Source: Ancylonema sp. (lineage: Eukaryota). Taken from it: a stretch of 55,871 nucleotides of DNA. Shown here one piece after another: positions 37,846 through 50,125 of the stretch (position 1 is its first letter; each line of letters begins with the position of its first letter). The position numbers and the translations under genes were made by a program. The notes beneath the pieces were generated by a model. It saw nothing but the letters and a program-made list of their open reading frames with translations. It was not told the origin of the DNA and ran no database searches. The stretch is taken from NCBI GenBank assembly GCA_050230475.1, contig JBFLGF010000227.1, positions 1 to 55,871 of the forward strand, given 5' to 3'.

Positions 37846-40199
37846 TCAAGTACTCACTACTTTGGCTACTTTTCGGAACTCCTTTTGCTCGGTAGACGGG
37901 CACATCATTTCTTGCCAGCTTACGGCCACCATCGATTCCCCTAGAAAGGAGTCCAAATTGAGGATAATTAGAGAACGAGTTGTGTTGAATTCATGCCGAA
38001 TTGCCATACCCATAGACATACAAACTTCCTTGCCAAAAGAATACGAAAGCAATCGCATCGCACTCGAATCAAACATGCAATCAACAAGTAAGCTGGGGCA
38101 TCGCAGGGGCCCCTTTCAATTCACCTGACGATTTACTCTTGGCGTAGACAACCCCAAATTCGTCTTTGGCAGTAGATAGATAGTAGGAACGAGAATCTCC
38201 CAGGGAAAGCTGCGATATTGTTAAGCATCCACTTTCCACAAAGAATCATATGGAAACCGAATTTCTGAATCCAACCAACGCACATCTTCCGAAAGCGTAA
38301 CATCTCAAGGCCATGCCTATGTTCAACTCCTTCAATATTGTATCGTTCGTATCACGTATGGTCGAGTACATGAAGTATGGTCGAGTATGTTCTCTCCGTA
38401 TTTATTACTAGATATCACGTGCATAAGTTAGTGTGCTAGTGCATTGATATGTAAGAAACAAATTAGTCTCTTTCTTTTTTCTTTCTCTTTTTCTTTTGTG
38501 TGGTGCATTCCTTATGTGGCGAAGGGATACAACTTGTGCTTGAATCACATCTCCCGGTCTGAAACTTTCGTACATGTCCACCTTGTCGATCTCTGTTGCT
38601 CTCACATCTTGTTGCCTGCAGCGATTCCAACCCCACTTTAACTCAACTTACACAACATTCAAGAAGACGGTACCCAATACAATACAATACAATACAATAC
38701 ATAGTAAATATGGTATATACGTCAAGTAATATAATACAATACAATACATATAGTATACTGCATAAAATACTACAATACAATGCCCTCAATTCTCTTGCAA
38801 ACAACTCCTGGAATTTCTTGAGAATGTGACCAAAACTCACTTCACTATACCGCTGAATTTTTGGTTCACTGTCTGAGCGCCAACGACTAAAATGTCAGCG
38901 AGGGCAACCCGGGGAGTGACTTTCGTGACCTGTGACAAGCCAAAAGGAGATCAAGGACGTTTTATTCAAATTTTGAAGATGCTTGCGATTCGTTGGAGAG
39001 AAGTTGAGGGTAGGTCACTCATCACGTGGATGTGAAACGAGTTCCTTTTAGGCATTTATTTAGAGATGACTTGCTAGAGAGCGATCTTAGAGTGGCACGT
39101 TAACACAAGTGTGACAACCGATTCAACATCGAGGCGCATAAGAAGTGACAAATCACCGAAGAACCAGTGACATAAAAAACGCATGTGCACCTGATTAAAA
39201 CACATCAGCAAAGCATAGTTAACGCTTTGTCCGATGGCACAAAAGAAGGGGTCTCTTGCATATTTCAAAGCATAGTTAACGCTTTGTCCGATGGCACAAA
39301 AGAAGGGGTCTCTTGCATATTTCAGATACAAAATTTATCCTTGTACCTCTTCTTGAAGGTGTACATACATGTATTTCCGTATACCCCGCTAGACATATAC
39401 CAATCAGATTGCAATTTTATGGGGACATCATGGACATACAGGCATTTTGGCACCTTGGCATTTTCTCACCTTGGCAGTGACGGTGGCACCCGGTTGCGGG
39501 ATAGCCGGTGGTTGTTGCTTTCTTTGGACTTCCAATGCTGATCTCTGCATCCTCGAGCAATCCCGCATATAGTGCATTTGTGACTGTGGCATTCAACATT
39601 CTTGAGGTGGAGTAAGGCAAATAGTACAAGATTTCGATCCTGGAAAAGTTTATTAGATTTCGTTCCTGGGAAATTTGATTACTACTAGAACTAATCAAAT
39701 TCAATAAAACCTTGGGGATTTCCATACAAAACAAAACATGATCGTTGCCGAAAGTGTGAAGTAAGATGGGTGGCTTGGATAGAATTAGTTATTTGGGGGT
39801 GGGTAAGCGTTCACTAATTGCCTGCGAACACTTTTGGAGAGTCAAAATTGGAGGGTACGGTACGTTAGACCGTACACGACGGAAGATAGAGCTGCTACCA
39901 AGGCCATCTCACACAAAATGGGAAAGTCAAAGCCCTCGCAACTATATTCCGTTTCATGGCAGAAGCAGATAGCTGCAGCTGTTTTGGTACATAAATCAGT
40001 CTCCTCACCCAAAAAAAAAATTATTGGTTGTCCATCACCAAACCTGATCTGGGGTGCCTGGAACGGGTGGATGCTGGATTTGGTAACCAAGCAGCGAAGA
40101 ATAGACCCTCGATTTCCAAATGTACGTACCAGGCCCTGCAACGTAATTGCCTTCAAGGCCAAGAACCTCCCCAGGGGCTCTCAGAATTTTGTCAGCCAT
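37846..40199 (-). CDS. CSL4: Exosome complex cap subunit CSL4 (EXOSC1), 6 exons
   Basis: Exons 40199-40044, 39544-39470, 38929-38841, 38615-38531, 38209-38125, 37940-37846. MADKILRAPGEVLG..GPGTY..YSSLLG, VTAKVTKV, QDVRATEIDKVDMYESFRPGD, LSLGDSRSYYLSTAKDEFGVV, MMCPST..EFRKVAK. Confidence 0.95.
38210..38530 (-). other. Putative U12-type (minor spliceosome) GT-AG intron in CSL4
   Basis: 5' site GTATCCCTT; branch-like TGCTTAAC ending 10 nt before the 3' end; no polypyrimidine tract. Confidence 0.75.
39209..39324 (+). repeat. Perfect 57-bp tandem duplication in CSL4 intron 2
   Basis: caaagcatagttaacgctttgtccgatggcacaaaagaaggggtctcttgcatattt occurs twice in tandem. Confidence 0.95.
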
Positions 40200-40806
40200 T
40201 CCGAGACTCGTCTCTGAGATAGTGCAACAATCGTTTTGTTATCCCAAATTTTCTGCGCTGCGAGCTGCGCTGTAGGATGCGAGATTCGGGCAAAATTCAG
40301 TAGCTACGAGATCCGGGCTCTGGGCTGCATCCCATTATTTGGGCTGCGATCCGGGCTGCGGGCTGTATAATGCGAGGCTACTCCGGATCGGGGGCTGCGT
40401 GCTCCCCTCGCCCGCAGCCCATAGGGTTTGGGTGAGCTCTTCCGAGGTCCAGGACGTGGGGGCTGGCAAATTCTTGGTTGGTGGGACATTAAATATGGCG
40501 GGTACGGGTACAGTTGCCCGTATTTCACGCCATATTCATTTCGACAGTGTTATTTTAGACAGGTTCAAGTGGGTCGCGCCATCGGGAAGGTTGCGGGGCG
40601 GTGCAAAATTGTAAAAGCACCGACCGACAATTGTTCCAAGCGTTCCGGAGTTCCTGACATGTTGTCCTGATATTCATTCCATCACTCCGCCATCCGCTGC
40701 ACACCCCCACAGCACTGCTGGTACCGAACCCGTGCAGTTACGATCAAAATCCGGTATTGACAGTAGTCGGTCTGCGTCGGTTATTCCAAGACGCTGTCGT
40801 GTTATT
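40200..40806. promoter_or_regulatory. Probable bidirectional promoter between CSL4 and PFK
   Basis: About 600 bp between divergent ATGs, with a cluster of GGGCT (site II-like TGGGCY) motifs at 40315-40400. Confidence 0.5.
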
Positions 40807-43433
40807 ATGGCTGCCATCAAAGCCCTGTCGCTTATCGGTCCGCGGACAACTTCCGGGCTGTCGATTCAACCCGACTTACGCCTCCGTCATGACTTCCGTA
40901 TGCCGCGGAAGACCGCGGGTCGTCTGCGTACCGTGACGGCTGTTTTAAAAACTCCGATCGGCCGCGTAACGCTGCAAGAATATCTTGACAACATAGAAGA
41001 TCCGATGGAGGCCGACCTGCGGAAGCGATATTGGCTGCCGCACGTGACGGATCTCGAACCCTCCCTAGAGCCGTACCCTTCCAACTTCTGCACCAAGACC
41101 AGGTATCGATGGATCTAAAGGCGCCTTCCGCGCTCCCACCTCTCGGCCAAGTGCTTACCTTTGCTTGGTTCTGCTATGGCAGTTGTCCCCTGCCTTTGTC
41201 AACCCCACACAATGGGCACCTAGACCCCGACGTTCAGGATCTCGGTACGAGTTCACTTTTCGTCCACGACAACGACAAAGTGCTCCTCAAGGTAAGCCGT
41301 GCCCGCATGTGGTCTGGTCCGCGGATGGGCGCCACGCGGTAAAGATCTGCACCGTCCTCCCACACGTGCAAATCTGTTCCTTTCCGCGTCCTTCTGGGGG
41401 GCAGGTGATTAAGTACTCCCATCCTGCGACTGCGGGTGCGGAGTGTGCGGACGACTGCAACTTTCACCATAACTGGTAGGCAGAGCCAGCTGCGCCTTCT
41501 TGGGGGGTGGGTGGGAGGGTGGGATGGTGGGAGGGTAGGAGGGTGGGAGGATGGGTCATCACTTCCCCAATTCCCCACCTCACCTGCAGGCTGGTGCGAG
41601 CGGGTCCCCGCCCCCGCATCTACTTCAACCCGGTTACCGTAAATGCCGCCATCGTCACGTGTGGAGGGCTGTGCCCGGGGTTAAATGACGTTGTCAGACA
41701 GGTCAGTTGGGAGGGGCCACGTGGCAAGACTGTAGCTGTAACCGTCGCTGTAGTTGTAGCTGTAGCTTCAGCTGGATCTGAAGGTGGGCCCTGTTGGGTG
41801 GGGGGGCTGGAGCAGATCGTGATGACCCTCGACTCGTATGGGGTGGAGAAAATCGCGGGTATCAGATACGGTTATCGAGGATTCTTCGACAAATCCGCGC
41901 CGGACATGGTGGCGAGAACCGAATTCTGGGACGGGGGGGGCACTGCCCTCCCCACTTTCTCACCCCCCCTCCTTCTCTTCCCCCCTCTGTCATTTCCTTT
42001 TCAGTTGACCCGCGATGTGGTCTCCAACGTGCACCTCATGGGGGGTTCCCTTCTGGGAGTTTCCAGGGGGGGCGCCAACACATCCGAGATCGTGGACTCG
42101 CTGGAGGTACCAGGGAGGGGCAGACGGCAGGCGGCGGGTGGCGGGTGGCGCGGTTGGGGGTATTGAGCGGAGGGTGGAGGGTGGGTGGTGGGGTTGGGTC
42201 AGACCCGAGGCATCAACATGCTGTTCGTGATCGGGGGCAACGGGACACACGCGGGGGCGAATGCCATCCACATGGAGGTACGGATGAGCCGCAAACCTGA
42301 ACCCTGAATCCCAAATTTGGGCTCTGAAAACGCCGATCCCTGAACCCTGAACCCTGAAATACGTGGATCTTCTCCCTCTGCTGCGCAGGCCCGTAAACGA
42401 GGTCTCACCATTGCTGTGGTGGGTGTCCCCAAGACCATTGACAACGACATCCTGCTCATGGACAAAACCTTTGGGTTTGACACGGCAGTGGAGGAGGCGC
42501 AGCGAGCCATCCATGCAGCCTACATCGAAGTGAGAACCATCTCAAAACTCCCCACTCCCTATTGCAGATCTCAGGGGTCAGATTCTCACTACGCTCAACA
42601 TGGCTGTTTGGTGCGCTTCTGTGTTCAATACTCAGGCACGCAGCGCCTACAACGGGGTGGGCATCGTGACTCTCATGGGCCGTCAGGCGGGTTTCATCGC
42701 CATGCTCGCCAGCCTGGCGTCCGGTCAGACAGACATCTGTCTCATCCCCGAGGTCGGGTTCGCGATCGACGGCCCCAACGGCGTCCTGCAGCACCTCGAG
42801 TACCTCCTGCAGCGCAAGGGCCACGCGCTCATCGTGGTCGCAGCGGGGGCAGGGCAGGACCTGCTGGCGGGGGCGGGGGGGACGGACGCCTCGGGGAACC
42901 CCGTGCTCGCCGATATCGGGGTGCACTTGCTGAAGCGGGTGCGGAAACACTTCAAGGACAAGGGCACCCCCGCAGACGTCAAGTACATCGACCCGACGTA
43001 CATGATCCGCGCCTGCCGCGCCAACGCGTCCGACAGCATCGTGTGCGCGGTTCTGGGGCAGAACGCGGTTCACGGCGCCTTTGCCGGGTACACGGGGGTC
43101 ACCGTGGGGCTGGTGAACACGCACTATGTGTACATCCCCATTCCGGAGGTCATCACGTACCCGAGGAATGTGGACCCCGACGGGAGGATGTGGCACCGGT
43201 GTCTTTCGGGGCCGGGGCAGCCGGATTTCGCGCCATCGTTGGGGGGCGGGCGGGGGGAACCGGTTGGTTCCGCGCCGGTTTTTGTACTATTGCTCTTGTT
43301 CTTTTGGTCTGCATTGCCATGTGGGGGATTGGCCTTCTTGCCCTCTATTATGAGCAGGCCTGGCGTCGCGACGAGGGCTGTTTTGATGTGCGAGAAGGAG
43401 TGGATGGATGTAGGTGCTGGTAGGGAGGGGTGA
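40807..43433 (+). CDS. PFK5: ATP-dependent 6-phosphofructokinase, plant PFK5-type, probably plastid-targeted, 9 exons
   Basis: Exons ~40807-41102, 41183-41291, 41405-41475, 41590-41701, 41816-41908, 42005-42106, 42203-42277, 42389-42529, 42636-43433. [77 protein letters not shown]. The true 3' end is uncertain. Confidence 0.93.
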
Positions 43434-44457
43434 GTGTATGGGGAGGCATTCGGGGACAAGTGGGTAGAGAGGGTTGTTTCGGCTGAGGGGATTGGGGGAG
43501 GCGAGGGTATCAACCCTCACCTGAGCTGATAGTCGGGGGGGCGGTCTAACTCGTGACCATGCAAATGATATTTTGTCTCAACTTACAGCGCTACAGTTTT
43601 CAGCGCTACAGTTGGGGTTGTAGTGGAGAGTAATTAAAGATTGTGCTCATCTGCAGACAGGCAGATCGACTACTTGGCTTCATTATCATTATTGCTAGAA
43701 AGTTGAGGAGGTAGTCGTGGAGGTTGTGAGACCATTCGGTCCTAGACATGTACACTGTATAGGAAAGAGGAAGTAAAGGTGTTTGTACAAATCAGATATT
43801 GTCGCCTTTCAATTTGAAGGAACTTGTTGCAGATGAGGTGTGGACTTTGATCTTGAGAAGTGGCCATTGCGGATGATGCTTTGCAAAGAGTGTAAAATGA
43901 CGCAGCTGTGATAAAGTTACTTCTGATGTGAAAGGTGTAAAGTGGATGGGTATCGAGCGGATGGTACAATCTGTGAGTAGAATCAGTTAGGAACCCCACT
44001 CACATCTTTCCACTGGAACGAAAATCCTCACCAAACTCACCATCAACATCACCTCACATCAGATTACTGGATAGTTGACACGTGATATGTGATTTAAGAG
44101 TTGCATATGCCAGTAAATCGATGGTCTGATACCGATTCTTTGCACAATCAATAATCCTATAAATGCAACCTACTTTCTACATTCCACACCATTCTAACCA
44201 AACATCCAGATTCCTGGTGGCTCTTCTGCCAAAGCAAATATGTACAAGAGCATTATTTGTCTGTCTGTACGCGTGTCTTCATTTCGCAGCCATAATGTCA
44301 ACTCGTTGCCATTCTAAGATTATAAGGTGGGGGCACCACACCCTCGTCTCCCCAACCAGAACCCCACATGAGAAACTTCAGCCCTATCACTGCGGTTCCA
44401 AAGACATGTGCCACATCGGCCCACGGCTTTTCGCTGCAGTCAGTATGCACTCACTAC

Positions 44458-46661
44458 CTATTTTCCGTCCCTTGATACAGCTGTCCCCTCGACCATTTCT
44501 TTGGAAAGTGTGACCTTGTCCCCAACCGACACCACTCCCCCAACCACTCCCGGCCAGGAAACGGAGGCCACCACGTTCACTCCAAAAAACACCTGCGCCT
44601 CCCAAAAAGCTATCAGTTGCGTGCCTTCCTGCTTCTCAGCGCCCAGACCCAACCAACCAACCAATCAACCAATCAACCAAACAAACGAACATACTCGCAA
44701 GCCTGTCCTCCTTGTTGCGTAAAAAACAGTCCCAGTCCTCTTTTCCGTTCCGACTCGAGGTCCTTCATTCCCAAAACTAGAATTGAGAAAACCATTTGAC
44801 AAATAAATGTCACCCCTCTACCCTTCCCCTCATTCCCCCCCCTTTGAAGCACAGATACGGCTCTCACATCCTTCTTCATGGCAGCCGACACTTCAAACCT
44901 CTCCCCCCCCCGAAACTCTTTTAAAGTCTGCCACCCCCGCCACCCTTGCCGGAGTCAGCACATGTCCAACAGTATCCGGAACCGTATCCGAAACCGTATC
45001 CGAAACCGTATCCAAAACCGTATCCCCGTCCCCTCTCACTTTCAGTGGCTCCTCCCCAACCTCCAAGCTCTCCTGGTTAGTGGTTGTGATCTGTGCATCC
45101 CTCCCCACAGGAACCCTCAGAGGCCGCCCCAAACGACCCCAATCGCACCCGCCCCTTCATAAATCTCTCCTCACCTTGCAGCGCCCGCAGGGCTTCACCC
45201 CTCTGAACTTGAGCCACCTGTCCGTGCCGATTCTAAACTCTTGCCACCTGTCCTCTGCAAAAGCTTGGCAGCCGCCAACCAGGATGCTGACGTGGACAGA
45301 ACGAAAGAAGGAGGACAAGAAAATCAGTATTCAGAACTGATACTCGGGTTGAAGAAGACCTACTTGGGGCGGAAGCGGTTGATAGGCAGCGGTTGGGGAA
45401 GGCGGGAGTTCAAGACGGAGAGAGAATTCTGTGGCGTCAAACCCGACCCCCGACCCCCACCCCCCCCCCCTCAGGTCGGGTGCACAGAGTCAAGAATCAG
45501 TACCGTGCATCACACTGACCTCCGAAACAAGGAGGTAAGGAAAGCCGTCTGCAAAGGCGGTGGTAAAGCCGGAAGCGAATTCCGGATCTGTAGCCCTCAC
45601 TGCTTTCCCTGACATGCACCACCACCTTCTTTGAATCAACCAAACCAAAACGACACCGACGAGCCAACCAACCAATTCCCAGTATATAACGAACTCACTC
45701 GAGTCAAAACGGACCAGGCGGCAGTCCCTTCCCAGAAGTTTGGAAAGCCAGGCAGCAGCAGCGGGGCCCGCATCCAAAGCCCTTCCCGACCACTCCCAGA
45801 CAGAAGCTTCTGTCGTCTCACCGTAGGCCGCCAGGTCAAGGGGGACCTGGTGAGGATCCAGATCCGTACCTGCTGACGTGAGGGCTGGGAGAAGGTGCGA
45901 GGGCGGGGACGGGGGCGGGGACGGGTGTGTTTGGAAATATGAGGGATCGCTGGGGACTCTACCGGCAGAGTGCTGTTTAGATAATACACTTCACGTATTC
46001 CGGTCGAATGAAGGAATATGGTTGGTTGTGAAACCGAATAACCGGATAACCGTTAAGATGGATGCAGGTGGCGGTTCTTACTCATGTACTCATTTTTCGG
46101 GGAAGCATGACCACTGCCAAAAAGGATTGTCGGTGGGAGGGAGGGTACAATGTGCGCCATCTTAGGCTCCTGCCGCTGAGTGATGAAGCGGCCCTTGGAA
46201 TCCACCACCATCCATTGGCGGTCCCATGCGAATCCTGACCGCTCGCAAGTCGACACGTCAGAAACGACGCGTCGGTGACGACTGTGTAATGCCATTCAGC
46301 GTTCGTTCAAATCGATTTGAGCCACGATCATTTGATGACTAGTCGCTGGCTGGCAAAATTTCCATTGATACCGATTTACAAAACTTATTGAAAAAAAATG
46401 GCATCCTTGATTACGAACGATATGTTTTCTGCACGGTTCGTGGATGTCACCTGTGGGAGTAACCGTCGCACGTGAGACGGAGATACCCTTGCACGACTTT
46501 ATGGGATAAATGAAAAGGCTTTTAACCGTGGTCTTTGGGTCTTTGTTTGTGTCATTCTTCCTGCGACTGGTGCGGTAGTATACGTAAAGTCCAGAGAGTA
46601 CAGCTGGTGTTAATGCCAAAGTTCCACAGATGACAAGGTGGCGGGAGTGCCCCTCGATCAT
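44458..46661 (-). CDS. MOSC-domain protein (mARC-like amidoxime reducing component) with an N-terminal hydrophobic anchor, ~10 exons
   Basis: LFIYPIKSCKGI, GFAWDRQWMVV..FITQRQEPKMA, SVWEWSG, FADGFPYLL, INRFRPNILV, AFAEDRW, VKPCGRCK, GEEPLKTL, VFFGVN..VSVGD; stop TAG at 44458. Phases of the last small exons are uncertain. Confidence 0.92.
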
Positions 46662-47150
46662 TCTGTAAATGCCAACTCCAAATCGGGCAGGGAACTGTAT
46701 ACCAGGTGGTGTACAAATGCCCGGGAAAAGTCCCAGGGTGTTTGCCGCTTTGCATAACAAGGAAACCCTCCCTAGAACCGTCTGTATACCGTCAGTATAT
46801 TTTCATATAAAGGCACCAAAAGGTACCAGTTACCGGTATACTGGGGCCCGGTAAATCCGAAGGTTGTTAACCCGACAGAGACAGGATACCCGATAAACCA
46901 TAGATATACCCGCCCAAGGGCGGAGTTTTTCCGCCCCATCTCCGCCTGCGGCCACCGCTCGGCCGCCCGTTACCGGGCGTGCTGGATTTTGGGATTTCAA
47001 GAAGGGAGAGACTGCGGGCAACCCCCAAAGCGACTCCGGGTATGGTTCGGTGATTTTTTTTTTTTTTTTTTTTCCAGGTTTGTCGACACCGCCCTACCGC
47101 CCCACTCCCTACCATTTCACCGCGGGAGCTTCCGATGCTCAAATATGCAC

Positions 47151-47493
47151 TAGGGGGTAGGGAAATGAGCCCAACCGCGGTTGGCTCGGTAGGGGGTAGG
47201 GCGGTAGGAAATAATCGGTAGGGAACGGTAGGGAACGGTATGGATCGGTAGGCAACGGTAGGGAACTGTAGGGAATCGAATATTTCCGGTACTTTTCTTA
47301 TTTGGTCGCAAATTATATCTTTGACTTTACGCTGGAAAAAAAAAATCCCTACCGTTTCCTATCGCTCCCTACCGTGTCCCTACCGATTTCCCTACTGCCT
47401 ACCGCCGCCCTACTCCCGACTGATGCCCTACCGGACTCAATCCAAAATCGGTAGGAAGCGGTAGGGGGAGAATACCGTGGTAGAAACCCCCTA
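47151..47493. mobile_element. MITE-like element with CGGTAGGGAA subterminal repeats
   Basis: 8-bp inverted ends tagggggt/acccccta; cggtaggg arrays on the left are mirrored by ccctaccg arrays on the right; no TSD. Confidence 0.55.
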
Positions 47494-47536
47494 CCACGGG
47501 CCGAAAATGCGGTGTCACCGACCCTGCGGGCACCCC

Positions 47537-48635
47537 TCTCGTAGTGTATAGGCTCGTGTCGTTATAACGCGTCTCAGGCACCGTTGTGTAGGAACGAGTC
47601 GGTTTATCCGGTCTTTCAGACTTTGTGTCGTTATAACGGAATAGAGAGTCTAGTACGCCCCAGTAGCAGTAAAGTGAATGGGAAGCTTCTGCGGATCTTC
47701 TTAGGCTGGAGCATGATTGGCGCCCCCGCTTACTTGGCCAATCATTGAGTTAGGGGTTCCAATAGCCATTTGAGTAAACGACTAGGATTGAACGGCCATT
47801 AGTTCATCAGCGTTAGTTAGATTTTTGGTCCAGCCGCCACTCTTCAAGTGGGTTGGTGCTCCACTTTAGACGTCGAGGGTGTGACTCTTGTATTCACTTT
47901 TCGGGAAATGTTTACAACATTTCCCGGATTTCAATATCGTGTGTACGTGCAATTCGTGATTCTCTGCGCAATATGTTATTTTGTCGTAGCTGGAACACCT
48001 CTGAGCCTGCTTGTGCGCTTGTTACGCTTCGCATTTTCGGCACCCAGAGCTTACCTTGTTTTGGATAGTTGTTGTCGGAAAGTCGAACCACGCGGATCGG
48101 ATGCTTCAGTGGTCCGGCTTGGCCATGAATGTCCTGGTCACGCAATAGAAGTCCCAATTATGGGAGGTTAATTCGGAATTCACCGGAGAGCATTCAGTGG
48201 GGTTATCATTCCCCTGAGTCAAAATTATCAAAAGAGCTTGGTACGAATTACCAGCTCGACTTTGAAGCCTTGTACGAGTCTCTTCGCAACTTGCGACACG
48301 CCCCATCTTCTTCTAGTTCTCCTTCTCTTGCTTCGGCGACGTCAGCTGGCAATTTCTGAGCAGCGGACGACGACGACGACGGGATGTCAGAGCCGGTAAT
48401 TCCCAAATACAATGGAGAGCTGGGGAAGCAGCAAGAGTCTTTCTTCACACATGTGCGCACACATTTCAGGCGCATGTGTCTGCGGAAGGATCGAGTGCTA
48501 CAATCTATGGAGGGCTACGAGCAACTGGAGTTTCTCGATATGGACTTGCGGAACTTTTTGGGAGCAGACGCGCTTCCCATCCTGGACCAGTTCCTACTCG
48601 ACACACAAAATATTCGAGCAACCGGACCTGAGCGT
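47537..48635 (+). mobile_element. 5' part of a retroelement: family-3 LTR-like repeat followed by a gag-like ORF remnant
   Basis: 47537-48068 is homologous to 23143-24290. Frame 48129-48635 has one in-frame TGA and contains IPKYNGE..ESFFTHVR (gag-like); it is cut off by the B-A-B insertion. Confidence 0.6.
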
Positions 48636-48637
48636 GC

Positions 48638-49821
48638 TGACGTGCCAGATAGGATTGATAGGGTAAAGGGTCGTTGATGACGTAATCAGTTGATGTATGA
48701 CGTCATAACGTAGTCCATCGACATGAATTGGTGAATGTCGATATCGATGACTTTGTAAGTGTAACTGGGCATGTGCCCTAACTGTTATTGCGCTTGACTC
48801 GCGACAGTGATTGCAAACAATCACCTAAACGACGGCAGGAACGTCGCCTTGACTCGGCAACCCTCTCACTGCGGGCAAGCTGACAACGCGATAGCTCTAC
48901 AAGATTCTAAATGCAGAGTATGCGATACAATAGTAGAGTAAGAACAACGATAGCTCTCGATCAGCGAGCAGCTATTTATGTGTAAGTCTGCACTGCTTGT
49001 AATCAGGAGCAAAAAGACTGTGAGTCTGCACACCGACTTGCGTCGTTGTAAATGTGTGAATCGCGAGGATGCGTAGCAGGCAACGATAGTAAAGTATTGA
49101 GAGCGACAGCTCGATCAGCCAAACGATGATAATAGCAAGTGACTGGATGCAGATGCAATAGATTGCAAGCAAAGCAAAGCCACACACACAAGATACAATT
49201 TACAATAGAGACGAAGTGGAATGCAAGTCTCTTCAACGTTAGATTCAGCGAAAGCTGGATTCAGAGTTCGAAGTACAAAGGATATATTCAAACTTCTACA
49301 GACGACGCTAGACGCGTGTCGATCTACAATTCAATCTCATAAAATATGCCTCGCGCGCAAATGTCTTATCTACAATATCTATCGTCGGATATTCATCGAC
49401 GGCTAACAATTATGACAAGTCATCACAAGTTGATTGCTGACTAGTACAAAGGTGCCACGTCGGATCGACGGATAACAAATGCTAAAAAAATATAATTCAA
49501 ATATTGAACGGGGGCGCATGCTGACAACTCGAGCTCGGGAGCGGGACCGGCGAGCGGGGCGGAAGTTGTAGTGCGGCGGAACTCTTGATTTGGCGCGGCG
49601 CAGACGTGATTTAATATAGGGAGAGATTAAGTAGATATTAGGGGTAAAATAGCTAACGATCTCAGACGTCGTGACAGCTGACGTGCCAGATAGGATCGAG
49701 GGTAAAGGGTCGTTGATGACGTAATCAGTTGATGTATGACGTCATAACGTAGTCCATCGACATAACTTGGTGAATGTCGTATCGATGACTTTGTAAGTGT
49801 AACTGGGCATCTGCCCTAACT
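48638..49821 (-). mobile_element. B-A-B terminal structure (B 49679-49821, A 48783-49676, B 48638-48783)
   Basis: Near-identical ~145 bp direct repeats flank an 894 bp module that starts TGTCACGACGTCTGAGATCG on the minus strand; a G-tract precedes it. Confidence 0.8.
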
Positions 49822-50125
49822 CCCCCCCCCCAGACTGGTAAGTCATGCGTCCACGTCTGGGTTATTGAGGCAGATGTAAGAAGCAGGATCGCAGTCGCAC
49901 AGTAGAGCGTGCAACCGAGCAGAAAACAAGTTGAAGTTGTGAGGGTAACGTCGACAACTTGTGTTTGAGTTTGTAAAATCATTGTAAAGTGGATTTTTAT
50001 AGCGATGTCGATATGACCATGTAAAAAAAAAAAAAAAAAAAAATGTTGAAGGAATACAACATATAGGTGACAAAGTAATGTGTAAATGTGTCATCCGCCC
50101 CCCCCACATTGGTAAGTCGATGTAC

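Noticed and set aside
47780..47820. Hammerhead ribozyme (CTGATGA on the minus strand)
   Set aside because: No correctly placed GAAA or stems, and the motif is not conserved in the 24.0 kb homologue.
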